A stretch of 64,000 nt of DNA, from NCBI GenBank assembly GCA_002633005.1, contig NMRA01000134.1, positions 642,045-706,044 on the forward strand, written 5' to 3'. Of the stretch, positions 11,385 to 24,800 are shown piece by piece (position 1 is the stretch's first letter; each line of letters opens with the position of its first letter). The DNA comes from Phoronis australis (lineage: Eukaryota > Animalia > Phoronida). Under the pieces are notes generated by a model, which ran no database searches, was not told the DNA's origin, and saw nothing but the letters and a program-made list of their open reading frames with translations. The position numbers were made by a program, and so were the translations under genes.

Positions 11385-13058
11385 GGAATAAGGCAGATGT
11401 TATTGTGCTGTGATTATCAGATATCCCTTGTTTGGGTTAAATCAATGTTTCATTTTCCTGTCATAGTCATTTTTTGAAAATTGTTCTCTTAATTTGTTTG
11501 TTATCAGTCAAAGCATTTCATAGCAATGTGCCATGAACCCTAAAGTGTCAAAGAGTAGCTTGATTGAAACCAATTACCGTTAAAAAGTTGGACTCAATTT
11601 GTTCCTAACTCAGATTAGAAGTATGGACTTGGGAAGAAATTATACTATAAAACTCGCTTAAGTCGCATGGGCATAAGTCCGATTTTTGCACAACTCGGAA
11701 AAATTTCTGTGTTATGGTAACCGTTGTTCTTGCATTGATACTTTGGTAATGGTCAGATATAATGTGCCCAAATTTTGAAGACCAGTTTCTCTACTTAATA
11801 ACAAGCATCAAACTGGTCCTCAAAATACGGGCATGTTACATCCAAGTATTGCTGATACTTTAATGAAGTTCCACGTGCAAGTCAGAGCTCTTAATTCAGA
11901 TTTTTCTGCAAAGTTCAGGGAGAAAGTGCAGGCTAGTCATAAATTCTCTCGTTTGTGCCCCACTTAAGCCTGAATGTGTCCCGTTACTAATTTATCCCCA
12001 CACACCGTACCGTATCAGTACATGTGTTCTTCTAACTCACTGTTATGATGCCCCAGGTGGGTTGAATTTTCACCCACATCAGGGGCAGTTTCATGAAAAA
12101 TGACTTGAGACTTGGGACAGAAATTTGCTCTCATGCTCCTCACAACCATTCATTAAAGATAATCAAATCTCAGTAGAGCACAAATGCTATCTCTGAGAAT
12201 ATACACATAACTGCTAGTTACTGAGCTAACTATTTCTAGACTGTGATGCGATCATAGTTACCAGGTTAAACTTTTTGAGGAAATGTGAAGTGGGAAAGTA
12301 AGACGAAATTGATGTCTAAAGTCTCAAATCACTTTCCATGAAACAGGTCTCAGATGCACATTTTGATTATGTGTGCATGCAGAGATATTGCTTTATGATA
12401 ATGATAATGGCAATAGGATATCCATGCAAACATATGTCTTACACCTCCCACGATACATGTGGTGATCTGTTGAATAGACTGTTTTGTGATTCATTCCAGT
12501 GCCAAAGAGCACACCACATGTTTTTTTTTTCATCGCTGATTGTGCTTAAAGAGTTATCCAAATTCAAATTTGGTGCTGTGTGAGAAAATTGTTAAAAAAC
12601 AAAGATTGATTAGTGGAAGTAATCAGGGACAAAATTTTCACTACTTCTCATCGATCTGAAAATGATCAGGTTATGACCACTGAACACTACAGTATGCATT
12701 GTCTTGGTGAAGTGTGTTGTGTAGTGTTATGATAAATCAGATTTCGCCTACCTCGGATGAAATTTTGGTTTTGTTGGATCTGACGAGTTTTACTGTTGTT
12801 TGTTTTTGCTCGAGACCAGGCTCAATATAATGGTTTGACCTGCACCATAACTTTTTGTGTCGTGCGTGACCTCGCTCGATGACCAACTGTCCACTTTTAT
12901 TTATTTATGCTGCGCAGTTGATATTTGTTTTATTTGTTTTGTTGATTTTCGTGTTTCAAATGTTAGTAGTTGAAATCAATCAAAAGTTTATGTAAAAGTT
13001 ATGTAGATGAATTGTGCCTGAACAAGGCGATACTGAATGAATTGTGTTTCATTTTGTT

Positions 13059-13148
13059 AACATTGAGTTTTTGCTTGTCAGCTAAGTAAACATTGAGTTT
13101 TTGCTTGTCAGCTAAGTAAACATTGAGTTTTTGCTTGTCAGCTAAGTA
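13059..13148. repeat. Perfect 30-bp tandem repeat x3
   Basis: aacattgagtttttgcttgtcagctaagta x3. Confidence 0.95.
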
Positions 13149-13567
13149 CTATCGAATGTTCAGTGCAGTTATTTGAAGTAGTGGTTTTTAAAGTGACCTT
13201 CGTTGGACCGTCTTGTTACACAAAAGGTTTGTTAGTATTGTGCTAGTACCGTGTACTTAAAAGTATGTCCAAAATTTGACATTTTTTAAACTATTTTTAC
13301 AAAAAAAATGAATCACTCCAACCATACTCGATACATATATACTGGCGAGTAGTAATTAGCTTGAATTACGTCATGGATTATTGAGGAATCATATTTTGTT
13401 GAATTACATAAATAATGTTGACTTCTGTTTAAAAATCCCACTTCTTACCCTTTTAACAGGGTCACATAAGATTTCTTTTGATGATGAATTATATAATCAA
13501 ATTTGACCTGTCATTGCAACGCTCATGTTGTGCATTGTGGGTGTTGTTGGCTCATAAACATCCGTTG

Positions 13568-13730
13568 TCATGGGGGGTTACTTGGTGATGATGTAAAACA
13601 ACACTCATCATGGGGGGTTACTTGGTGATGATGTAAAACAACACTCATCATGGGGGGTTACTTGGTGATGATGTAAAACAACACTCATCATGGGGGGTTA
13701 CTTGGTGATGATGTAAAACAACACTCATCA
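13568..13730. repeat. Perfect 40-bp tandem repeat x4
   Basis: tcatggggggttacttggtgatgatgtaaaacaacactca x4. Confidence 0.95.
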
Positions 13731-14875
13731 CTTGAATTGAAACTATGGATCTGTTATATGCATTTTGATGTGAGTTTGGCTAATAACAGTTGAAAGTGAG
13801 CCTCAAAATGCATCAAATTATTGCACAGATTAACGAATCCTTTGCAGAAGAGCTAGATTCTCGAGGCATATACCTTGTGATCACACTTACTAAAATGCAA
13901 ATGTTCTAGCTCCGCATCTCGACATGTGTGTGATGCACCAGATATTTAAGAGCCAACAAGGGGTCCATCATGTATTGGGACTCGAACAAGTGCAGGAGAT
14001 TAAATCCTTTGAATTAACATTGTGATGGAAAATTCTGGGTCATTTTGTCGTATTACTTTTGGCATGTACTAGAATTTCATGTGGATGTATGATAATATAT
14101 ATGATTGATTTGATGAATTAGTGAATGCTTGACAATCTTTTCCTCATATTGTCTTACGTGCTATTTCCTGTCTTACAATTCATTTTGGATGTTTAATTCG
14201 GGAAATGAGCTCATGGTGATGTGGATGTAAAATATATGTTCATGTTTATTGCTTAGTTTGTTGTCAAGGTTTTGCTAGTTTGATAATGTTGATTCACTGT
14301 CATGGATCTTGTTAATCAGTTAATATATTTTGTAAGTATGCACAAGATGTGTTAGTGTCCTTTAATGGCTAAATGCGCCTTCTCAAGGGTGATATCTTGG
14401 GTGACACCTGTGGGATTTGAAATGTTGGAAAAAATTATCTAATGATTATTATCCTGTTCCGCCATTTAAAAACCATTCAGAAGCCGTTGAGCCATTCAGA
14501 AGCCGGTAGGGAGACATTGCTTACTTCCGTGGTGTCGCCATTTTGAAATGATTAGAACCAGTAGCGCTCCTATATATAGCGGGTGTGTGAGGAGTAATGT
14601 TTACTGTGTGCAGTCTCAAAATGAACGTTAATAAGTGAGCTGTTGAGAAGATGAGGCCATTAAGCTATTAAGAGTCATTTTAACATAACTTTTAAAGTCT
14701 CTTAATGGCTGCTGTAAATCGTTAATAACCTGTTTCGCTATTTTAATAAGAAGTCTCGGTGAGCAAAGAATCCACTCATTGAACCGTTAAGAAGCCGTTA
14801 AGCCCTTAAAAGAGGTTTGTTAAAAACACTGAAAGAACTCGTTGCTGGTCATTGTCAATTAAGGGCCGCTGACCC

Positions 14876-15208
14876 TTACGAAAATTTCCAATAGGATATC
14901 TTATAAGGTTTTCTATGGGAAATTCTATTAGGATCCTTAAGGAAATCCAATTAGGTATGGCCCAATATCTTATAGGATCCTACAGGAAATCCTATAAGAT
15001 CCTATAGGATTTCCTGTAGCAGTTCTTATAGGAATCTAATAGGATTTCCTATAGGGAGTTCTATAAGATCTTAAAGGATTTCTTATGGGATCCTATATAA
15101 GATAATGGGCCAAATCTAATTGGATTTCCTATAGGATTTCTTATAAAAAACCCTTTTAGGATATCCTATAGGAAATCCAATATATTTCCTTGAGGAATTC
15201 CTATAAGC
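14876..15208. mobile_element. Foldback-like palindromic element built from CCTATAGGA-type subrepeats
   Basis: aaatccaattaggtatggcccaatatcttata (~14943) is nearly the reverse complement of tataagataatgggccaaatctaattggattt (~15096); many (a)tcctatagga(t) variants. Confidence 0.75.
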
Positions 15209-17104
15209 CCTAAAATGCGGGCTAGAAATTACGGTAATGTGAAACTTTTACCCGGCTAAGATTCAGAGCTATGGATTGTGCATTCGACGAATTATGGAAG
15301 TTCCTAGCTTAGTGTTGAATTTTTGTCTCGTTTTCTACTTTTGTTTCTCCGGCTGAGGCTGACCTTTTAACCACTTTGTCAAATCTGGGGCTCGTTCGAG
15401 CCCTCTGAGCCCCCCGTTCCCCTCGGGTGCGCGCATGTACCCATACCCCAACGATACGCTGAAATCCACGGATTAAGGGTAAACTAACGTTGCTTACGTT
15501 TCATATTGCAGTAGTATATTGTACAGGATACAACACGATACTCTGAAGGCTCTACGAGACTGAGAATCTTTTGAAATGCCCCTATATATGAGTCCGAAGT
15601 TGGTAGTCCGACTGAAAGGAAAGCCAGTTAGATCTATGAGACCAGAAACCAGTGATACAACGACAGCTATAATCAACAAACTTTTAGTGGCAGTAAACCA
15701 AAAGTTGAAAATGCAAATAAAAAGCGACAGCTCGACGCACAGTTGCTCATGCGAACTTCGTTTGGATCCTTTCGAGAGGCACTGGTGCTTCAACAAAGTA
15801 GTTCCAAACAGGCCGACGTGCCTAAAATTATACGAATATATTGGTCGAAATGACTGTTCATAACCTTGTGTTATGAAAATTCGAACTTCTAGCTCTCGAC
15901 GAACTGGACTGACTTTCGGACGAGTGTGGCCCTTCGGTGCTATGGATTTTTGGTCTTGTCAATCCTTGGATTCATCAATACCTTGATTTCTACACACACC
16001 CTTTCTCACTTGTAGTTTTCAATTCATATGATTTGGGTTTATCGCTTCCAGGGGGTTGACTTTCTTTGAACCTCATTGTAGGGAGTTTGGCTGCCGTGAC
16101 TGGTTTCGGCGCACAGTTTCTCAAAAACTGTAAAATTTAGCAAAAGATAAAGGCTTGTTGCAAATAAAACAACGGTATAAATAACAAAATCAATGTTAAT
16201 TCGATGAAAACGTTCCAGAGTTGATCTCAGAAACAATGTTAATGTTGTCATAAAAATATGATCATTTCATTTTCGTTTTGTGAACTGTGTATAAATTACA
16301 GTATTTGAAAACTTTACATGAATCTAAACAGCTATTCAGGTCTAACATTTAAACCTTCAAACTTAGAGAAATGTATAGCGTTTAGGGTCACACGTGACCT
16401 GAACAACCAGGACCCTGAACTCCGTCACCATGCACTGGCAGTGAACCTAAGATGTCTCCGAACCACCAACACGAAGTAACACCTACCTACTCGCCAGTCA
16501 TTCGGACTTTATTCATGTACACGATGTCATACCTGGCTAAGTTCAGGGTCTCTCAAAACGCGGAGCGGAAGACTGGTAGTTACGTAATGTGGAAGATCTC
16601 AATCAGTTCGGATGATTTGTGTTATAATTCTTCTCATAGGTTAATTTTAAAATTGCTTTATTTTATTTCAGTGACTTTTCCATTTGTCGAACCACTGGAC
16701 TTTGTCTATCATTAACACGCGGGACCGTGACCACGGCATCACAACCAATTCCAATGCACCCGGTCAAATTCCCTGCCGTACCACTAACATGATTGATAAC
16801 AGAGGCTAAAGGTCGCATGATGTCATGTAATAACTAGAAGCGGAGAATTATTCCTAAAAGTTGATGGACATGCGGAGTTTCCTCAGTTGACTAACAACAC
16901 GGTTAATACGCCAATTACGAACTTTTATTCGAATAGTCTCCAACAACTGTCCTGAAAAAGTCTGTTTACAACTGTCAAAATTTTTCAAAGCTTCAAATGG
17001 CGTAAGACAAGATTGTAAAGGCAACCTTTTCAAAGTGGACATGGGTGGACTTACTGCACTTTTGAATGATTATATAACTACGTGTGGAGCGTACACCAAT
17101 CATG

Positions 17105-17712
17105 TAGACACGCATGCTCATACATGCGCATATAGACGCATATATATATAGACGCGTATACGAATATAGACGCGTATGGACGCATATAGACGCGTATAGA
17201 CGAAAACAAAACGTGCATATATGCGCATATAGAACCTATAGACGCATATAAACGCATATAGACTTCTATAGAAGCGTCTTGACGCATATACACGCGTATG
17301 TACACATATAGACGCATATAAACACGTAAAGACCCATAGAGACGAATATAGACGCCTATAGACATCTATAAACGCACACAGACGTATATACACGCCTATA
17401 GACGCCTATATAAGCCAATAGACGCGTAGACGCACAGACACGTGTATAGACGTACATAGACGCGCATGCACATATCTGCGCATATAGACGCTTGGACGCG
17501 TATAGGCGCATATAGACGCCTACAGACACGTATAGACGTGTATAGAGGCATATATGCATATAGACGCAAATAGACCCGTATAGACACATGTACAGACGCA
17601 TGTAGACGCGTATATACGCATGTTGACGCATACAGACGCATATAGAAGCCTATAGACATGTATAGCCACGTGTAGACGCGTATCGATGCTTATAGACGCA
17701 TATAGACACATA
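17105..17712. repeat. Degenerate 10-bp satellite (TATAGACGCA)n
   Basis: About 60 diverged decamers; source of five spurious overlapping minus-strand ORFs. Confidence 0.9.
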
Positions 17713-17812
17713 CTTATTTATCCATTTATTCAGTAATATTTATTAATGTAATATTTACAATGAGGGTAGCTCCATCAGTTCAAACTGGTTTCCATGGGGT
17801 CCCTCATTGAAA
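17712..17812 (-). mobile_element. Possible 3' terminus of a CR1/L2-group LINE or a SINE
   Basis: Minus strand reads gagggaccccatggaaaccagtttgaactgatggagctaccctc (stem-loop) followed by an AATAAA-containing A-rich tail; no ORF remains. Confidence 0.4.
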
Positions 17813-18463
17813 ACATACAGCAAACAAACTAACAGAATTACAAAATGAAAGACAAAATTCAAACAATCAGCAAATAATAAGAAATTAACATGGAAAGACC
17901 GATGAAACAAAATAAAATATGATAATTAGAAGATAAAGTAAGTAAGACAAGATGATTAACTAAAACATAAATATAAATAATAAAAAACAGAAATAAATAA
18001 ATAATAAAAGTAAGACATAACATTATATACACGCATGTTTACAAATGCACTCTTATACGCACACATCCATAAATACAAACATACACATGAATATACTACT
18101 ACATACATGTATACACATGAGTAAAAAATAGTCTGATCTGGGGATACTGAATGTAAGTTGTTGGGTACTTCTATTTATATGGTGACAAGAGATTGTCATG
18201 AATATTTGATAATATAACTAGTTTATCTCTTGCTGTGCTGCAATGCATACCGCCCATCCCATATCTTTATGTCCAAGCGTTTCATAGGTTTTTCAATAAC
18301 GCAGAAAATAAATCCGAAACTAAAAGAGGTGATCCAGATCCTCTCCGGTGAGTCCATTCTTTGTTGAATGATGTTTAGGTAAAAAATAAGAAGTCTTTAT
18401 GTTCAATCCATTAGATTTCTTAAATTATATCCTTAGTTAAGTCATCTGAAGCAGACCACCATA

Positions 18464-18480
18464 GAGCGCCATCTAGCGAG
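18464..18480 (-). promoter_or_regulatory. CTCF-like motif upstream of the Rab11-FIP start
   Basis: Minus strand CTCGCTAGATGGCGCTC resembles the CCASYAGRKGGCRS consensus; about 370 bp before the ATG. Confidence 0.35.
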
Positions 18481-18842
18481 TGTTTTTGTATTTTCAACTA
18501 TTACCGTGGGACATCAACTGGAATTTCACTTATGTGAAAGCAGTAACTGTTATCGGGACGTATCTCAATTTGAGGTATTTACATTGGTCTTGCCTCCATA
18601 GTAAATTTAGGAATGAGCTGAAACAATGGTCTTTATATCAGGATTGATAAACGTGAATTTGGAAGTGATGTGAAGCTAGGAAATGAAGATGGGTGGGACA
18701 CAATTTATCTTGTGATAATCCGACGACCGTCGCGGAATGACCTGCCAGTCCTGTCATTAACGAACACGAAAGTACTCGCATTACACACTTGACAAGAACA
18801 GTCAGTGTTAAAAGAGGACACGGGTCTTGTTGAAACAGCAGA

Positions 18843-18873
18843 ATGTATACTCCAACACACGTCCAAGTGACAG
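18843..18873 (+). CDS. RAB11FIP: Rab11-FIP coding exon 1
   Basis: ATG TAT ACT CCA ACA CAC GTC CAA GTG ACA G|gtaagc = MYTPTHVQVT, the typical FIP N-terminus. Confidence 0.9.
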
Positions 18874-21800
18874 GTAAGCTTCTAGATTGGTTAGCGCTTC
18901 TATATGTCTAGTAGTAATAGGCCTACGGTAGTAATTCACAGGACACTTGTTGACTACGCACTCACTATCTAGTATCTAGTACATAGGCCTGCTTGCTTGT
19001 CGAATACATTGATCAGGGCTCTACTCTCATGCGTTACATTGTTACTTTGTTTTTGTTCTCCCTTCTCAGCATGGAAATTGAATTCTATCTCCAAACTATT
19101 TTCATGTTGAGAGAGAATGACACTGACTCATTGACTCAACTGCTTTGTTTTCATAAGTTAGTCTCTTAGGATTTTGTAGTGAGTAATTTATTGCAAGCTT
19201 TCAACATTGACGCTGGTTTTTGTAACTAAATGTTTATCATTGACCCTTTCATAACTGTGAAACCAAAACATGCATTCTCATTCTGTCTCGATGAAATGGC
19301 CTAAATGAGGGTAGGTAAAAGTATAGTTGCCGGGTCCCTATTCAGACCCTATTCAATCCTTCATATCTCCCACAAAAATGACCACACATGGATGATATAT
19401 ACCTCAATCGATTCGTAGTTATTCACTCTTTACTCCTATGCTAAAATTAATCCGATTTAAGCTTTTACTTTCCAAACATTTGCCCACTAACGTACTTACG
19501 TGATAGGCTAGAAATCTCTCGTTAGTGTGGAGCCATCTTTCAATGTATTAGTTCCATCAACGACATCTAGCGTTGTAAATTACAACTAAAGTACTGTACG
19601 AACCCGAATCTCGTTGGCGACTAGAGGGGGGGGGGGTGGGAACTTGAGGGAGNTGGTGGGTGGTGACTAGAAGGGGGCACCTGGGGGGGGGTGGGATGGC
19701 CAGTGGAGGGGGGTGGCCACTGGACTTTTCAACACATTAGTTGACTTGGGAATTTCAACTCATGTGAGCCAAGCAGAGCTTTGTACATTTGCTTCCATAA
19801 GCACGAACAACAATATCTAGCCAACTCAGGTTTGAGCTGATATATTGACTAGTGCGAACATAGAGTTGCCATTGGGGCGGGTGTGGGGGTACCAATACCT
19901 ATGATTTCCCACTTGGGTAAAAAAATACGCGTACAGGTTGTTTTTGGAATATTCTGACAGAGCAAAGTACCTAGTAGCACGCGTTTATCATCCGACTGTG
20001 ATTATGTGATAGGAAGGAATTAGAGGAGAACGGCTGCGATTTTGTTTCTCCTTTCAAACTTGTCTTTGACACATTTCATGTGCTCTAGCTTGTAAATGTA
20101 AGTGCGACCTCAATTCAGCAAATGCAACTTGGGATTCTGAACAGGTAGCAAATGATGACCCGCCTGTTTCCATAGCAGTAGGGGCTGATAGGATGTCAGA
20201 ATGCTGTGGATTTCACTTCACTGTATTTTTGACCTTGCCAGTTTCTGCACCTTTATATTGTTTACTTGCATTATTTTGTATCTCTCTTTCCTCTAGGACC
20301 CAAGCTACACAGTGCAATGAGTGATTTTGTATGAATTAGACACCGAGTTAAGGTCGAGATAACCAATTGACCAGTTTGTAGTTTGAGATAACTGAGCCAG
20401 GAAATGCTCATTGCTATCTGAGAGCAACATTGGCCTGTCTCCAGCAACTATCTGGTTATTCTGGTAGTTCAGTTGCTACTCGATGCGATCTTACAGTGGC
20501 ACTAAATATTATCCAAACGGATAGCCAGCTTTTCAATTATTTAGCCAGCTTTTATTTTTTTGCCAAGCGTATTCACTATCATTGACACTTAGTGTTACGT
20601 TTTTTGATTAGTAAATATGAAGTTATCCTGTGACGAATTTGTTGAACTAAGCAAATTTTATGTAGATAAAGATTATTTGAGCACAAATGAAGAAAAACTT
20701 ACTTGCATGACATTTCGATCAGAGCTGGGTCTGAAGAAATAACAGTCAGTTTTTTCAAGTTCAGAGAACTCACTCTTGTTTTGATTGAGGAACAATTTGA
20801 GACCAATTTCATGATGGTGAGTGGCCTAAATCAAAACTTGTTTTTTGACAGAAAACCCAAGTTATGCCATTCTTGGCAATTTTAAACATTTTTTCTGATT
20901 TCTGAGTTGGACCACTTATCACACAAATTGAAACTGATTTCAACTTGTTAATTATACATGTAAAATCATTGAAACTGATTTCAACTTGTTAATTATACAT
21001 GTAAAATCTTAGCTGAATTTAAGATGCAATATGGCATACAAGTGAAATTTAATTTTCTCACTTTTTCATCTGAAGATAGGTAGCGCTAGTTATTTGATAT
21101 ATCAATGAGAATGGAGGCTACTAAATAAGGTTTGAAATAACCTTAATGTTTTCAAGTTCTGTACCTTATTTACCATCAGACAATATTTAAAAAAAGTGCG
21201 GGCATTTACAACAATGCCAGAAGGACTTGAAAAACAGAAAATGTGAAATTTTGACAATTATTTATGTTTTAAATTGATGTAATTCTAACCTACCGTACTT
21301 AGAACTGATTCCAGCAATTTAGAATAGTTGACAATACATAATGTAGTTCTTAGGCCTACCCCCACCACGAGATAGCACCAAGATTTGTTTCACTCATAGG
21401 ATTACCTCCATCCCCCACTCCCCAGTTGCACCACTGCCTGGGAACATAAGGATACTGTTCAGTTATAGTGCCATCCACTCACAGATTTATCCTAGAACAA
21501 GTTCTTGGGTAACTTGTACCACTTCTAATTCCTGTGTGGTGGCAAACCTGGGATAAGACCAAAGTCATCAGCTGTTGTTGCATACAGACAGGCACACTGA
21601 GCTCGGGCTCAGGAGCACACCGTGCTCAGGATTAGTTGTTCATTGTCACGCTTAGAGTGACAACTTTTGCCTTACCCCAGTTATGGCGATATATGTGTGT
21701 GTGTGTCTGTGTGTGTCTGTGTGTGTGCGTGTGTGTGCGTGTGTGCGTGCGTGTGCGTGTGTGCGCGCGCGGACGCTCCACTTAAAGGTGGGGAAAGTTG

Positions 21801-24800
21801 CACTAGTGCAAATTGTTACTGTGTAGGCTTTGTGTGGATGGGACTTATATCCAGTTATTTTCTTCTTGAACAGGTACTCTCATTTCAGTACCCACTATCC
21901 TTAGTTCAAGCAAGTCCTGTAGCCAGGCCAGTGCAGAAGTGAGAGACACTATTCCAAGAATTTGCCCAGCTGGGATGGTGTGGGCAAAAATTACCATTTG
22001 TTGATAGGAAAAGCTAAAATTATGCAACAGTGCCTGTTTATGTATGTCAGGCACTTGAGTGGGACTCCTCTTATGTTGAAGGTTGACATTGGATATGTTG
22101 CATGGCTAAGATCTGATGATTGGCTGAGGCTAATTACTAAATGCACTTTGTGCTTCATCTCAACTTGAAGTTATACAATTTGTTTTGTTTTTAAAGTGCA
22201 TATGTACTTACTCTGCTCACTGCTTCATTATGCAGTCAAGAATATTCATTATGTAGAATCTGACCAAATTTGGACACAATATTGGCGATGTGACAATCTG
22301 TAGGCCCTCAGTGGAACCTCAGATTTTGTTTGGCGACCTGGTAAAAATGTTAAGTCACCACCAAGTCGCCAGCCACGTGCCCATCCAAGCATGCATTTAA
22401 AATACTACAAGTAAACAGATGGAAATCTGCGACTCTTGCTCCAGTTAGGCATCACCTGTAGGTGCCAGGATTTTTTCAACCCATCCTATAGGCTTTGCCT
22501 TTTTTATAGCCTTAGTTCTTGTTTGTTCATCTAGGAATTGCCTTGTTAAATTCTGTTTTTTCACTAGAGTTTACAAAAGGTAAGTAGCACATAATACATG
22601 TTCTACACCATGGTTGCTATCTGTTCATTGTTGCCAACCATAAGTAGTGTCGACATTACAAGTTACCCTAGAGGAACTTGCCCTAGTGAAACTTGCCCCT
22701 GCCAAGTGTCCCCACTACACACCCTACACCATGCTAAAAATAGAGTGCGAACTGAGACAAGCCCACAGTTGGTAAAAATTTGCACCATGTGTCTGCTGGT
22801 TTGTGTCCATGACTCAACTTGCCCCAGCCCAAATAGCAGCCATACAAATACTAAACCTGGCCACAACTCACAACTCTGAAAGCTTATTTTGTAGGGGTGA
22901 GTGACAAAGTTTTGTTTGTTTTTTGACAGCATATCGTTGTAAATAAAGGAGCCAGCAGGAAGTCTTTTTGAAATGAAAGTGTCCTTAGACATAGTGAGTT
23001 GTTTGAAAAGATCAAGACTACTGGCTGACATGGTCAATAAATTAGTTATCCTGGAACTGTAGTTGTGGATTGTTTTAGGGAAAATTTCATTGAAAGATAA
23101 TGTTGAGTCTGGACTGTCCTATCAGGATTTAGTCTCTTGTTGTTATGTGTAGTTTAAACTTTTAAAGGGTCTGGAAAAAATCCTAAATTATTTGTTTGTT
23201 TTTTTAGGTTTCTGCATTGCTTCAAAAGCAACAAACACTAGATGATATTGTGTTAAAAGTTGCTTTAATCTAAAAATACTAAATAATAATATTATTAATA
23301 AAATCACAAAATTAAACTTTAAGTAGCTTAGAAATCAATTGAAATCCTGGATCTGCTTTGTTAACATTGCCAGGGCTAAAACTGTAGATTTGAGGGCAGT
23401 AACACATTTTTTCGCTGGCATGTGTCAAACTCCTGAAACCCCAATTAAAGCTAGTCAAGCCAGGACACACTCTTGCCATTCATCTGAAGGTCAGACTATA
23501 TGACCTCAGCTGTTACAGGTTGCGGATTGACCTCAGGTGATCCTTGGAGGTGTTGGTGATCCAGTTCACCAAACCAGTCGTGGTACATTTCTATTGATTT
23601 TCTGATTGATTTTTAATGCATTTTCAATTCAATCTTTTTCTGTTTCTACCCAGAGTTTTTCTAATGACGGAATTGCTATGCAATTTTCTTTAATCAGAAT
23701 TGTTTTGGACTGGAGGTCATCTAGGAGATACTATACATCCAAAACAACAAAAGCACCTCAGAAAGAACCTTCGTGGCACACATGTTGACAACAATGCCCC
23801 CTTTCACAGTGTGCATCCTTTGACATAACCGTTAACAAACTCACATGCACACATGCATATCTACAAATATCTGCATGTGCCAAAAGCCCATTTCTACTAA
23901 ACTTCCAACCAAGTATTGACTACTGACAGACTAATTAGTGGTATACTTCATGTGTTGATAATTATGAGATATGCTAATCGTGTGAGGTTTTGCGGATCAA
24001 CACCCCTGAGTTGAAGATATGTCATTTTATCATAATTCATTGACCATGCAAATGAAGCCCTGCGCTTCACAGCATCATGTCACACAAATGACTACTCCTC
24101 TTTCCTCTTAAACAAAAGTCTCTTGGGCTGTCTAGTTTCATGTTTAGAGTTAAAGTTGACATGGCACGTGATGAGATGACCGTGCGCAAGTGGCTTACTA
24201 CCGTAAAACCTGGTGACAAATTTAAAAAATTGGGACAATTTTTGTCAGAAATTCAATAAAAATATTTAATGAAAATAGATGTCTTAGATTCTGCTTTTGA
24301 TAGGAGTTGATGAATAGTTTTAAAAAAACTGTTACGGCCCTTTCACACTAACTTAACTCCGGTATGAGTGGAGCATCCATGTAAACTGCAAAGTTAATTG
24401 CACTGTTCATACCTGCTTCAATAGTTAACTGCATCAAAGTAAATGGTAAATGACGCTGTCATCATCGAAGTAATCGCAAGGTATCACTGATGCCTCCCAT
24501 GGTCACTAAGATTTTTTTAATGTGACAATTTGAGAGCATTTGCGTGTGATAATTGTCATAAAACTTATTTCTAATTCGATAAGTGATTATTCAAGCAAAA
24601 TATCAGCAAATATTAGCAACAACACTGCCCATTAATTGTTGACGATAGCAGTGACCCCTGGTGATAACTTCGGTGAGACTGAACTTGACTGTTCACACTG
24701 CACCACATCGTCTACGATCCACTGTTAAATCCATCTCTTTACTGTGAAGTTAACTGGCGCTGTTAACTTTGATCCAGGACTGAAGTTAACCGTTCATACT

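Noticed and set aside
12775-12842. CTGACGAG...CTCGAGACCA...TGGTT as a hammerhead ribozyme
   Set aside because: GAGA instead of GAAA, and stems I and II do not pair.
15494-15863. Overlapping 95-100 aa ORFs
   Set aside because: No recognisable domain or supporting splice structure.
17078-17711. Five Tyr/Val/Arg-rich minus-strand ORFs
   Set aside because: Translations of the decamer satellite.
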